Of a DNA stretch of 64,000 bases, positions 23,744 to 36,771 are shown one piece after another. Position numbers and translations under genes: made by a program. The stretch is from Azolla caroliniana (taxonomy: Eukaryota; Plantae; Polypodiophyta). The notes beneath the pieces are model-generated. The model was given only the letters and a program-made list of their open reading frames with translations, searched no databases and was not told the DNA's origin. Each line of letters begins with the position of its first letter. Position 1 is the first letter of the stretch. Where the stretch lies: NCBI GenBank assembly GCA_043228905.1, contig JBHGNT010000003.1:22382001-22446000 (forward strand), read 5' to 3'.

Positions 23744-24355
23744 TCCTTGTATATGTAAATATGTATATATATTTATATATTTATTTATCTAGTCGCCGGT
23801 TCGCCGGATGCCGTAGGTTACCGGTGCCGACGCTGGATATCGGTGCCGCCGGATTGCCATCGGATGCCGCCGGATCATCGGCTCCATCGCCGGTCCGGTT
23901 TTGGTTGGCCAAAACCCTTTACGAGTAGCTAGCCCACCTCCACTCTTAGTTCAAGTTACCTTGAACTCTCTATGCTCCACACATAGACACAAAGATAATA
24001 TCTTTTGCTCCACCTTATATATGTTGAGAGTTGTATTTGTCGTTGCCTATGTGGGATATCTCACAATTTTCTCCTTTCCTTTTACAAACTTTATACCCTC
24101 ATATCTTGACATTTAGTTGTCCGTTTCTCGTGTAATAAAGTGCATTCGAAACCTCCATCATTTTGTACTTAGATATTAAATCTATTTAAAATGTTATCTT
24201 CACAATTATTGTACTACATGATTCATACTCGATTTCGTACGTTTTATAGGATTTTCACACTATTGCCGAAAATCTTCACGACATCCACCCCCACCAAACC
24301 GCACGTCCTCCGGTACGTGCCAAGAAGAGAAGAAGTGAGATTTCGGCGACGATGA

Positions 24356-27108
24356 TCAATTAGATTCCTCCATGTCTTCATTTTCATCCGCCCTATTATG
24401 TTCATCGTCGAGGTAATCGAGGTCAGGATCCTTGTCTTGTCTTTTCTTGAAAATCTTTACCCTTTTTCCCGCAATGGGTACCGCCAACCTTGATCCGTCT
24501 AGTTCCGCAAGGTGGTATGTGGCATTATCGTTGGCACTTGTCACCACATACGGCCGGAACCATCTTCTTGCGAACTTCCTTGCTGTACTGTGTTGATTGT
24601 CAAGGGTGTTGTCGTAAACCAAAACCCAATCCCCTTCTTCAATCTTCTTGGGACGAAGTCGATGCGTGTTGTCGAACCGAACTTTGTTCTTTACTCGGGC
24701 TGCCTTCATTATGTTTCGCGCTTTTTCTAAATCTTCAGGTCTTCTTTCAAGTTGCCTTATCCGCGCCGCTAATAACTCTTCTCGGCTCATCTCGTTCTCC
24801 CACGGTATCGCTACCCATGAGGCGATCGTCCTTTCGATGGGCATAATCGGCTTTTGTCCATACATAAGCTCCGTCGGCATATACCCTGTCACCGAGCTAT
24901 GTGTCGTTCTATCGGCCCACAAGGCATAGGGTAATAGTCGTGGCCAATTCCCGACTCGACCGTTGCATGCCCGTACGATGGCTTTAACGATAGGTCCATG
25001 CCCTCGCTCGATCTTCCCATTTGCTTCCGGATTGTAGGCAGTCGTGAGGGAGAGCTTCACGCCTAGTCTTTCCAAGAGCTCCGTCGCTTCGTGCGCGTCC
25101 AACTCCCCTCGGTCGGCCACTATCTTCCCTACACATCCATATCGGCAAACAACATCTTCAAGTAAAAATTTACAAACGGCTGAAGTCGTCTTATTTGTCA
25201 AGGCTCGTCCTTCCACTTGATTTGTCAAGTCTTCCCTTGCGAGCGCTAAGTACTTCATTTGTCCCACTCCCATTGGCATCGAGACCAGATCCACCATCCA
25301 TTTGAAGTGAATGGTGAGTGGGTATGTCGGCTTTAACTCATCACGATGACGTATATTTGAATATATTTGGCAAGTTTCACATGTGGACACGAAATGGAGT
25401 ACATCTTTGTACATGCTTGACCACCAGTACTTCTCCTTCAATTTTTCGAACGTCGTCCATGTTCCTCTATGACCTGCCCAAGCACTCTCATGGAATTCGG
25501 TCATCAGCGTCTCTTGCTCTTCTTTCTTTAAAACCACTCGACGTGGTATTCCTGTCCTTTTTGGATGTCGCCAAAGGAATCCTCCCTTCAAGAAGTATCG
25601 GTAAGCTTTCTTTCGGATTCGTAGGGCCTCCTCCTTTGTCAACGAAGCATCTGTCGTCAATGTTCTTAGGAATCTACCGATGAGTAACCATTCTCCTTCG
25701 TACTCATTCTCGTTGAAGGCGTGGAGGGTTTGCGTGTCCTGGTCTTCCGCCGACAATCGAGCCATCTTGAAGAAGTTGAGGGCGACATCTTCATCTTCCG
25801 AAACCATGTTACTTCCATTTGAAAATCTTGCCCTCGACAGCATGTCAGCCATGGCGTTCTTCTTCCCTGCGATGTGACGGATCTCTGGGTTCAAAGATTT
25901 GATGTAGGCGATCCACCTTAGCATAGCAAGATCTGGGGTCGCACATCCCGAGACCATTCCGAGAATTGGGAGACAATCTGTCTCTATTATCACTTCTGAC
26001 CCGATCAGGTAATCTTTGTCCGTCTTCACTGCCGACACAATACCCCAAAGTTCCCGCTTGACTTGGGCATATCTTTGTTGCCGTTCGCTGAGAACCTTTG
26101 CTCCGAACCGGACGGCATATCGCGCATTATCTTCACCTTCTTGATTGATGACCCACCCGATTCCAGTTGGGCTCGTATCTACGGTCACGTAAATTGGTTT
26201 CCCTTCGGCATAGTCGGCCTTCCTTAGTGCCGGAGCTTCAAGAAGCAGTTTCTTTAATCTTCACATCGCCTCTGTGTGCTCGTCTCGCCATTCGAACTTT
26301 ATTCTTTTCTTTAGTAGTCCATATAACGGTTCGGCGACATGAGCGTAGTGAGGAATCCATATATGATAAAACGCGCACGCTCCAAGGAACCTTCGAACCT
26401 CCGTTTGGTTTTCGCATTCTTCTTTCATGTCTTGGATTGCGTTCACTTTGGATGGCGAGGGCTTCCGGCCGTATGCTCCACACAAGTGACCTACCACCAA
26501 GATCTCCGGTTGCCCGAATGCGGATTTTTCTCCCGAAAATGTCAAATTCGCATCTTCGAGCCTTTGAAGCACCTTCTCGCAATCTTTCATATGATCCGCA
26601 ACGAACTTTCTACAACCTTCCTTATCTTTCGATTCATCTTTCTCCTCATCCGAACATCCTTTTATCAGAATATCATCCAAGAATGGCATCGTGATGTCCG
26701 GAATGCAATCCTTCAAGACTTTATTCATGGCATTCACCATATGAGCCACCGAGTTCGTTGCGCCTTGGGGTAAGGTACACATCCGCACAAGCCCGATCGG
26801 AGTCCTCATGGTTGTAATGTCCCGACTATCGATCGCCAATTGGAATTGGTCATATCCGGAGTAGAGATCGCCAATGGAGTAGATGGACCGGCCCACAAAC
26901 GCTTCGGCAAATTCGTCCACGCTCGGACCGATTCCGGCATTTCGAATTGTCACCTTGTTGACGGGTTGAAGATCTTGGATGAATCGCAATGATCCATTCT
27001 TCTTCGGCACCGTGAACCACCTATTGGAATAAGGAGCATTCGACGGTTCTAGAATTCCCATACTCACCTTCTCCTTTAAGAGCTCGATCAGCTTCGGAAG
27101 GTGTGCTC
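24356..27108 (-). pseudogene. Element B pol: RT, RNaseH and integrase (frameshift near 26240)
   Basis: YSGYDQF, LPQGATNSVAH, PFLDD, VDTSPTGIG, KRELWG, ADMLSR, H..WAGHRG, CETCQ, DRGE, YNPEANGKIERGH. Confidence 0.92.
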
Positions 27109-27574
27109 TGTTGAAAAAGTGTGCTCGGCCACAACCGAGGAATAGGATCAACTCACAGAAAACAGGAAATACAAAATGCACGTAGACAATAGAGAGAAGA
27201 GTACACAGGGTGTTTTACGTGGAAAACCCTAAATGGGAAAAACCACGGGAGTCCTCAAACTCCAACTATCACTATACACAGAGATGTACAATGGTGAAGC
27301 TACAAGGCAACAACCTTGAGCTCACTGTCTTCGCCACAGGCGGCGGTAATACACAGAGGCGTCGACCTCTTCCTTTCTCTCTCTCTCTCTCGGCTGCTCT
27401 CACTTCGCTCTCTCGGCTGAAAAAAATGAGCAACAACATTTAAACTGTTTGCCCTAAGTCATATTTATACACATATGACTTTCGGGCTATTTACAAATAT
27501 AGCCTCAAGGGCTCTTGGCAAAACATATTCACAAATATGTCCCCGCATCCGGATCTCTCTCCGGGTACATTCTT

Positions 27575-27788
27575 CATCCGGCTCCGTAACCGGTGTCTTC
27601 AGCATCCGGCTCCGTAGCCGGGGTCTTCATCATCCGGCTCCGTAGCCGGGGTATTCATCATCCAGCTCCGTAGCCGGGGTATTCATCATCCGGCTCCGTA
27701 GCCGGGGTCTTCATCATCCGGCTCCGTAGCCGGGGTATTCATCATCCGGCTCCGTAGCCGGGGTCTTCGTCATCCGGCTCCGTAACCG
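27575..27788. repeat. 28-bp hairpin-containing tandem array (~7.5 units) in the C LTR; second copy 32431-32644
   Basis: Unit CATCCGGCTCCGTAGCCGGGGT(A/C)TTCAT with internal inverted repeat CCGGCT-CCGT-AGCCGG. Confidence 0.92.
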
Positions 27789-27859
27789 CAACCGGGCTTG
27801 CCGTCATTCATCTCTGGACATCCCATCCGGAGGGACCGAAATCCCAACAAACTCCCCCT

Positions 27860-30800
27860 TCACTTCGGCATGGGATGTCTCTCCAATCCGATCCTCTTCC
27901 GGCATGCTTCCAGCTTGTCGGGTGTGAGCACTTTGGTCAGCATATCTGAGCCGTTCTCGTCCGTGTGGATCTTCGTCAGCACGAACTCCTGGTCTTCTAT
28001 CCTTTCCCGGATCCAATGATATCTTCGTTGGATGTGCTTCGTCCGGGAGTGATAGGCCGCGTTCTTCGCAAGGTGGATGGCACTCTGACTGTCGCAGTAG
28101 AGTCGGTACTCCTCCTGCCGGATACCGAGCTCTCTAATGAAGTCCTTCATCCATATCATTTCCTTGCCGGCTTCAACAGCCGCCATGTACTCCGCCTCCG
28201 TGGTTGACAACGCAACCGTCTTCTGCAGCCTCGACTGCCACGAAACAGCTCCCCCTGCATACGTCATCACATACCCTGATGTGGACCGGCTGGTATCTGC
28301 ATCAGCCGACATATCCGAATCGGTGAAGCCGTCGAGTTCGGGCTTCCCGGAGCCGAATCGGAGGCACACGTTTGCCGTGCCTTTCAGGTATCGGAGTATC
28401 CACTTGACCGCGTTCCAGTGTTCTTTGCCGGGATTGCTCATGTACCGGCTCACCACTCCGACTGCATATCCTATGTCCGGTCTTGTACACACCATTGCGT
28501 ACATCAAGCTTCCGATGGCAGAGGCATATGGTACTTTCATCATGTCCTCTTTCTCAGCCTTTGTCTTGGGGCTTTGCTTGCTGGACAACTTGCAGTTTGC
28601 CGGGAGAGTTGATCCGACCGGTCTTGCTTCCGACATGTTGAACCGGTGAAGTACCTTTGTTACGTACTTCTCCTGTGACAGCCACAACTGCTTCTTCTTC
28701 CGGTCTCGGATGATGTGCATCCCTAGTATTTGCCTCGCCGGACCCAGGTCCTTCATTGAGAAGGTTCGGTGAAGTGCCTTCTTCAGCATCCGTATCTTGC
28801 CCTGGTCCCGTCCGACGATCAACATGTCATCCACGTACAGGAGGAGTATTAGAGAGTCTCCTCCTTCGAACTTCTTCACAAACACACAGTGATCGGACTG
28901 CGTTTTGTGGTACCCTTCGTCGGTCATGAAGGAGTCGAACTTCCGGTACCATTGCCGGGGAGCCTGCTTCAGTCCGTAAAGGCTCTTCTTCAACCGGCAT
29001 ACCAGGTGCTCCTTCCCTTTCTTCTCGAATCCTTCCGGTTGCTGCATGTAGATCTCTTCTTCGAGGTCACCGTGAAGGAATGCCGTCTTCACGTCCATCT
29101 GTTCTACCTCGAGGTCCATGCATGCCGCTATGCTCAGCACCGTCCGGATGGAGGTCATCTTCACTACCGGGGCAAATATCTCGTCGAAGTCGACGCCCTT
29201 CTTCTGCTGGAACCCCTTCACCACGATCCTGGCTTTGTATCTCGGGGGGTTTCCGGCATCTCCCGGTTTCAGCTTGAACACCCACTTGTTTCGAAGTGCC
29301 CGCTTTCCTTTCGGCAACTCCACAAGTTCATATGTGTGGTTCTCATGCAGGGAATCCATCTCCTCCTGCATGGCACTTAACCACCTGCGGCTATGGGTGT
29401 CAAGTTTTGCTTCTTCAAAACTCTCCGGCTCCCCCTCGTCGGTTAGCAACACGTGCTCTGGTTCCGGAAATCTCCGGGGGGCCCTTCTCTCTCTTAGAGG
29501 ATATCTCCGTTCCGGAGCTTCGGTAACCGGCTCCTCCGTTTCCTCTTCATCCGAATCCATTTCGGGATCAGGGCCGGTTCCGGTATCAGTTTCATCTTCC
29601 TCGGCCGGTTCTGTTTCTTCACCGTCTTCGGCCGGATCCTCGAGTGCTAACCGGTCCCTTGCCGGTCGGGACTGCTCCTCGTAGAGTTTATCCTCACCGG
29701 TCGACTTGGAGCTCTTCATCTTCTTCTCCGACTCCCAGTCGGCGAGTGTCTTGTCCTCCATGAAGATGATATCTCGACTCCTGAATATCTTCTTGTCGAC
29801 CGGGTCCCATACTTGGTAGCCGAACTCGTCGTCACCGTAACCGAGGAATATGCATGGCCGGGTCTTTGGATCTAACTTTCCTCTCCGGTCCTTTACCACA
29901 TGCACGTATGCGAGACACCCGAACACCTTTAGATGCCGGTAGGACACTTCCTTACCGGTCCACACTTTCTGCGGCGTGTCTCCGTCCAAAGGTACTGAGG
30001 GTGATCTATTTATCACATACGTCGCCGTCGACATTGCCTCAGCCCAAAATCCCTTGGGTAATTTCGCATGCGCCAGCATACTCCGGACCCTCTCCATTAT
30101 GGTCCGGTTCATCCTCTCGGCCAGCCCGTTCAGTTCCGGCGTCTTCGGCACAGTAAACTCGAGCCGGATTCCCTTCGAGCGATAGTACTCCTGGAACTGC
30201 CCCCGGTATTCCCCTCCGTTATCCGCTCGTATCGCTTTCAGCTTCTTGCCGGATTCCCTTTCCACTCTCGCGTGAAGTTCTTTGAAGACGCACAACACTT
30301 GGTCCTTTGTCTTCAACGGTGCCGTCCACAGCTTCCGGCTGTGGTCATCAATGAATGTCACGAAGTACTGGGCTCCGCCATGTGACTTCGTTTCTACTTG
30401 ACACACGTCAGTGTGCACCAGCTCCAATGGTGCGCTACGTCTCGTCGGTGGCCTTGAGTGGAAGGAGGTCCGGTTTTGCTTACCGGCCAGGCAGTCGGTG
30501 CACTTCTCCAGGTGCACATGCTTCACTGGAATAAGGTTGTCTTCTGCAAGCCTCTTCATCCCCTTCTCACTCATGTGGCACAGTCTCTTGTGCCACAGCT
30601 CACCGGCAGTGTCGGCTGCCACGTTCAGCTCCTCCGGACATAGCCGGGAATTCATCAGGTACAGTGTGTTGACCTTCCGGGCCCGAGCCACTATCAGGCT
30701 CCCCTTGCTGAACTTCATGACACCGTTCCGGATGCTACCCGTGTAGCCTTCATCATCTAGCCTCCCGGCCGAGATCAGGTTCAATCGGACCTCCGGAACG

Positions 30801-31933
30801 TGTCACACATCCTTCAGCAGCATCTTGCATCCGGTTGATGTCATCAGCCATACGTCTCCTATGCCGGCAATCCGGCATGTGCCTTCATTTCCCATCCGGA
30901 CACAGCCGTGCTCACCGGCTGTGTAGGATGAGAAGTATTTCTTCTCCGGGGTCAGGTGGAACGACGCTCCGGAATCGACCACCCAGGTCATCTCTACACC
31001 GGCAAGGTTCAGCTCCCTCTCTTCGGTAATGAGCATTATCTCTTCTTCACTTGCCGCGAGTGCCGTCGTTCCTTTTCGGTCCTGCCCTCGCCGATCCGGA
31101 CCTCTCCGGTCCGTGGCTCCCCGGTATGCACCGTTTCTCTCCGGTGACTTCTTCGAATCGGTGTCGTCGGCTCCGTTGTCTTTTCGGTAATGCCGACAAT
31201 TCTTCCGGAAGTGCCCCGGCTTCCCACAGTGGAAGCATGTGGGTCTTCCTCTTGACTGCGACCGGGTCCCCGACTTCTCCCGTCTTTGCGGACTCCGGTT
31301 CCATTGTCTTCCCCGATCCGATTTGGTAAGCAGCATCTTCGGATCAGAAACCGGTTCTTTATCTCTCCGACGCGCTTCTTCGTTCAAAATGCTTGTCTTT
31401 ACCGTTTGTAGAGACAAGTTATCTTCGGTGCAGGAGGTGCTGAGAGTCACCACCAAGTTCTCCCAGCTTTCCGGCAATGTACACATCAGAATGATGGCTT
31501 GCATTGCATCCTCCAACGGGAACTTGATCGCCGCAAGCTGGTTCACGAATCCCATGAACGTGCTCACGTGTTCCACCATATTCTCGCCGTCCCGGTACTT
31601 GAGGTTCACTATCTTCCTCATCAGGGAGGTCCGGTTCAACGCATTCTTCCTCTCGTAGAGGCCCGACAGCTTCTTCCACATCTCATATGCGTTGGTGTCG
31701 TTCGCCACATGTTGCAGGACGCTTACATCGACATATTGCCGGATCGTCGCTACGGCTTTCCAGTTCAGGAGCTTCCACTCCGACTCTATTACTCCCTTGG
31801 GTATCTCGGCATTGTCGATCGGTTCGTACAGGTCTCGGACGATGAGAAGGTCTTCCATCTTTATCTTCCAATCGGCGTAGTTCTGTGAGTTCAACACCAT
31901 CATGCCCGGAGGCCCACTACCGCCGCCTTCCAT
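27860..31933 (-). pseudogene. Element C gag-pol polyprotein with one in-frame nonsense codon at 30803-30805
   Basis: Gag CFHCGKPGHFRKNC, PR WVVDSGAS, GAG-pre-integrase LWHKRLCH, IN HTDV/DNGGEY/ELNGLAERMN, RT MDVKTAFL/LYVDD, RH FTDSD/EAEY/SDMLTK. The stop falls in KDV*HVPEVR (canonical VRHVP). Confidence 0.93.
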
Positions 31934-32710
31934 TTTCTGTGTTACCGTCGCTCTGATACCACTTTGTTGAAAAAGTGTGCTCGGCCACAACCGAGGAATA
32001 GGATCAACTCACAGAAAACAGGAAATACAAAATGCACGTAGACAATAGAGAGAAGAGTACACAGGGTGTTTTACGTGGAAAACCCTAAATGGGAAAAACC
32101 ACGGGAGTCCTCAAACTCCAACTATCACTATACACAGAGATGTACAATGGTGAAGCTACAAGGCAACAACCTTGAGCTCACTGTCTTCGCCACAGGCGGC
32201 GGTAATACACAGAGGCGTCGACCTCTTCCTTTCTCTCTCTCTCTCTCGGCTGCTCTCACTTCGCTCTCTCGGCTGAAAAAAATGAGCAACAACATTTAAA
32301 CTGTTTGCCCTAAGTCATATTTATACACATATGACTTTCGGGCTATTTACAAATATAGCCTCAAGGGCTCTTGGCAAAACATATTCACAAATATGTCCCC
32401 GCATCCGGATCTCTCTCCGGGTACATTCTTCATCCGGCTCCGTAACCGGTGTCTTCAGCATCCGGCTCCGTAGCCGGGGTATTCATCATCCGGCTCCGTA
32501 GCCGGGGTCTTCATCATCCGGCTCCGTAGCCGGGGTATTCATCATCCGGCTCCGTAGCCGGGGTCTTCATCATCCGGCTCCGTAGCCGGGGTATTCATCA
32601 TCCGGCTCCGTAGCCGGGGTCTTCGTCATCCGGCTCCGTAACCGCAACCGGGCTTGCCGTCATTCATCTCTGGACATCCCATCCGGAGGGACCGAAATCC
32701 CAACATGCTC

Positions 32711-35640
32711 TCGGTACCGGTATCGGTTTCAAATTCCAAGGCACATGAGGCACCGTGAAGATCACCATCGGCTCTATAACCTTTGGGTCGGCGCATCCGA
32801 TTTCTCGTGGGAAGAATGCGAAAGCCTTCCCATGTCTCTCAAGCATATCGCGAAACATTCGGTCCTCTTCAGGGAGAAGGAAATGCTCCTTTCCAACTCG
32901 TAGCTTCCCCTTCGTCTCTTTGGTGAAGACATGACCTATCTTCTTCGGATCTCTTAAGCTTGGATCGTTAGCGACTTCCTTCATCTTTTGCCAGCTATCT
33001 TCCGGTAGCGGAACCGCAACTGGCTTGATCTTCTTATCCACCGTTTTATATTTCGTGTTGATGTCAGCTTCCTTCATCGAGATGCCACGACGGTATTCAT
33101 CGATGATAGCGTACATGTTGACGGAATTAACCGAAATCGAGCATTGGTTGTGAAGATAGCTCAAGTCCACGACATCCTCGATTTCGCCGACGGTGTCGTT
33201 AAATGAGGTTTCTTCCATAATATGAGTCACGAACTCCCCTTCTTCTATTATATTCTCTTCTTTCAGCATCTTCTCGAATTCTTGTATCCGGCGCTTGTGC
33301 TTCTTGTCGGGTAGTACTAGTTTACATGCGCCACTAGGTGTGACACATGTTGCTTCTCCTTGCAATCCACACACTCTTCTTTCTTGTGGGGTCTTGTGAT
33401 TGCTCGGACTATTTGTGCCCCATGCTTCAATAGTCCGCTCTAAAAATCCGAGGATTCGCCTCCGAGACTATCTCGATTCCTTTCATGATTGGCTCGCACC
33501 GTTAGGAATTGGACCGATCTTTGGTTGTCAAGACTCTTTATTCGTGCGAAGGCTACTCCATTATCGAACACTTTGGTCTCCATCCGAGATGATGTGATAT
33601 AAGGTTGCCCTAGGATGACAAGATGCGACGTTGATTCTTGTACGAAGAAGTGTTGATCCATCTCCACATCCCCGATCGTGACTTTGACATTGGGACAAGC
33701 TCCGTACAAATCCTACGTAGACTTTGTTGCCGCGCGAATCTTCCATCCGTGGTTTGTATTGATTGGCCATCTTCCCTTTTTGTAGAAGTCGGTTGACATG
33801 AGGTTGATCTCCGAGCCGTGGTCGATCAAGGCTACCACAGTCTCTTTCTTCTCCCCGATCTTCACCGGCGTCTCCGTTGTTGCTCGTGCCCAATGAGGTC
33901 GAGTGTAGTGGCTGTCCACCATATCTTCATCGATTTCGTCTCTTGCCATCGTTATGGCATTCGTTTTTGCTTTTTGCGGCTTCTCTTCTTCCTCGTCCGA
34001 TTGTTGTCTCTTTCTCTTTACAAGGTCCACGATCGTGTCATGGAACTCCTTCTTCGTAATGCCAAGCAATTCCCTCAAGGACAAAGTTACGTGGCTATCA
34101 AGAACTCGTTCTTCGAGAATCTTCTTTAGGTCCGTTGTCTACTCTATATCCGACCTTAGCTTATAGGTAGGTATAGTCCTAGTCCTCCGAGCAGGGTCTT
34201 CGACACCAACCTTCACGGGCCGAACCGTTTCTTCAACTCGTATGCTCGGCTCCCCTTTTCGGCTTGATTCTCATTCCTCCGTTTGTAAAGGTCGACTCGT
34301 CTCCGCATCATCCTTCTTTTTCGCGTTCCTTGTTTCATGTCTTTTTGATGGCCCTTGCTCTTCTATTCTCTTTCTCTTTTCTTCGACGAACACCTCGTGG
34401 TTGTCGCACATCACCTCTGCGAGTATGGTGTTGTCGTCCACCGGATCCGACCACCCGGTTATGCTTTGCACGCTTCGGTCCGCAAGCTCTACCTCGTTCG
34501 ATGTGATTTTTCCCTTCTTCTCATATTCGAGAACGGAAGTCCAAAACTTTGCTCCTGCTCTAGCAGCTTCAGTCTTGTCTTTCCCGACTCTTATTCCGGC
34601 CGACGCAACATAGTGCATCGCATCCACATGAGTCGCATCGGCATCCTCCATAGATCTCTTCATTCCTCCTCTTCCGAAATTCACCCGTAGAGGTCTTCTA
34701 GTCTCGCTTGAGCAGATCATGTTGTCCTCTATGTATACGATATTTTGTCGAATCGCCTCTCGAAGGCTCGCACAATCCCTTCTCATGTGGTCCATGCTAT
34801 CGCACCACACGCATCTAAAGGGTTCTTTTCCTTTAGGGCCCCGACGATTCATGTTGGCTAGCGTGACCTTCTCGAACTTCTTTGCTAGCTCTTCGATGAT
34901 GTCGTCATCAATCTTCTTTTCTTCCACGTTACTTTGTCTCAGCGGCTCAGCTACTTTCGGCGGTCTTGCTTTCTCCGTGGTAGTCGGTCCCGTCATGTCG
35001 GTGTCATCAACCCATTGGCGACGCTTGTCGAGCCTATTGCATGCCCGCTTCACAGCGATCCAGTCCGCTACGAGCCCATTTGCTTGGGTATCATCTTCGA
35101 GAAGAGTCCCCAACTCCCGTCTATCCTTTATGTCCACGGCCTTCAAGAAGTACAAAGTCTTGTCCTCTTAAAGCAACACTTGGTTCGTATTGGGCAGACG
35201 ACTAAACATCTGGTCGAATTCGTCGTACACCCTCGAGACGCTCATCTTCTTATTCTTCTTCTCTATCCACTTCATCAGGGCATGTCGAGTCATCCTCGTT
35301 GAGTCTTCAGTCACGAACTCCGCTAGTATCGTTTTCTCGAACTCGGACCATGTTGTCTTTCCTTCTTGACGCTCGATGACGCGTCTTTGGATGTTGTTGG
35401 CGACATCTCTCTTGAAGCTTGCGATTTGACGTGCCTCGGACACATCCCTTGGATTCATCTCCCTCTTATATGCATCAAGGAACTTCATAATGTTCCTTCC
35501 ATCGAATTGGCCCTCGAGCTCTACGACACGATCGACAGCCTTCTCCACGCTCGCGTCGTTGTCCCGAGATCTCATCATTTGCTCGACGATTAGCATCATC
35601 CTTTCGAGCTCTCCTGCTTGGTTGCTTGAGGACGCCATCT
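32711..35640 (-). pseudogene. Element B gag-protease (several stops) and the N-terminal part of pol
   Basis: FDGRNIMKFL, Zn knuckle CVWCDSMDHMRRDC, PR LIDHGSEIN...VILGQPY; gag-PR stop at 33440-33442; pre-RT KYKTVDKKIKPV...HVPWNLKPIPVPRA. Confidence 0.88.
33387..33449 (-). promoter_or_regulatory. Predicted -1 ribosomal frameshift signal of B (G-GAU-UUU plus pseudoknot)
   Basis: Heptamer 33449-33443 just before TAG; the -1 frame is open into pol (FLERTIEAWGTNSP...VCGLQ); stems CGGACTATT/AATAGTCCG and TGGGG/CCCCA. Confidence 0.75.
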
Positions 35641-35679
35641 CCAAGTATTAATCTCGACTTGATCCTTCCTACCGCCTCT

Positions 35680-35697
35680 TTCACGTCGGGTTCACCA
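35680..35697 (-). promoter_or_regulatory. Primer-binding site complementary to the tRNA-Trp(CCA) 3' end (element B)
   Basis: TGGTGAACCCGACGTGAA complements the plant cytosolic tRNA-Trp 3' end as I recall it (...TTCACGTCGGGTTCACCA); 8 nt from the LTR end. Confidence 0.8.
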
Positions 35698-36771
35698 CTT
35701 AATTATGTCGTGAAGATCCGTCACTACGCGCGGATCGTGAGGCGGAACCGCCGGGGTTCTGGACCAGAAGGATTTAGAGTCGATACAAGCTTTGGCGAGA
35801 AAGTACTTAAGATAGATTGGGAAAGAGAGAAGTTGAGATTACACGATTGATTTGATAACGAATTTCTTCCTCTTAATTTTCATAAAAAAAACCGTGTTTT
35901 TTCTCCTCCCCCTTCCCTCTTTTATAGATGCTCTCATGCATATGATGCATGTGAGGGTACAAGACATGCATAAATTGCATGTTTGCCATTTGGCGCTTAA
36001 GTATTACATGTGGTGCATGATAACCATGTCACTCATTTTAGCTCTCATGTATGAGAATTTACATGTAAAAGTACAATGATAGAAATATAATTTCAACTAA
36101 ATAGCATGGCTTAATGGTAAGCCATTTGACTCCTAACTTGGAGGTGCAAGGTTCGAATCCTTACTTGCCCTCCTTGTATATGTAAATATGTATATATATT
36201 TATATATTTATTTATCTAGTCGCCGGTTCGCCGGATGCCGTGGGTTACCGATGCCGACGCCGCCGCCGCCGCCGGATGCCGTCGGTTACCGGTGCCTCGC
36301 CAGATACCGGTGTCGTCGATTACCGGTGCCTCGCCGGATTGCCGTCGGATGCCGCCGGATCATCGGCTCCATCTCCGGTCCGGTTTTGGTTGGCCAAAAC
36401 CCTTTACGAGTAGCTAGCCCACCTCCACTCTTAGTTCAAGTTACCTTGAACTCTCTATGCTCCACACATAGACACAAAGATAATATCTTTTGCTCCACCT
36501 TATATATGTTGAGAGTTGTATTTGTCGTGCCTATGTGGGATATCTCACAATTTTCTCCTTTCCTTTTACAAACTTTATACCCTCATATCTTGACATTTAG
36601 TTGTCCGTTTCTCGTGTAATAAAGTGCATTCGAAACCTCCATCATTTTGTACTTAGATATTAAATCTATTTAAAATGTTATCTTCACAATTATTGTACTA
36701 CGTGATTCATACTCGATTTCGTACGTTTTATAGGATTTTCACACTATTGCCGAAAATCTTCACGACAACGG

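Larger units (their letters stand above)
27109..32705 (-). mobile_element. Element C: full-length, recent Ty1/Copia (Tnt1/Tork-like)
   Basis: 741-bp LTRs 27109-27849 and 31965-32705, almost identical; 5-bp TSD TGCTC; tRNA-iMet PBS 31950-31961; PPT at ~27850-27861. Confidence 0.96.
23279..36767 (-). mobile_element. Element B: tRNA-Trp-primed non-chromovirus Ty3/Gypsy, defective, containing Copia C
   Basis: LTRs 23279-24283 and 35706-36767 (TGTCGTGAAGAT...ATCTTCACGACA); 4-bp TSD ACGG (23275-78, 36768-71), whose removal restores GLLYRNGK in A; PBS 35680-35697; PPT at ~24284-24295. Confidence 0.93.
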
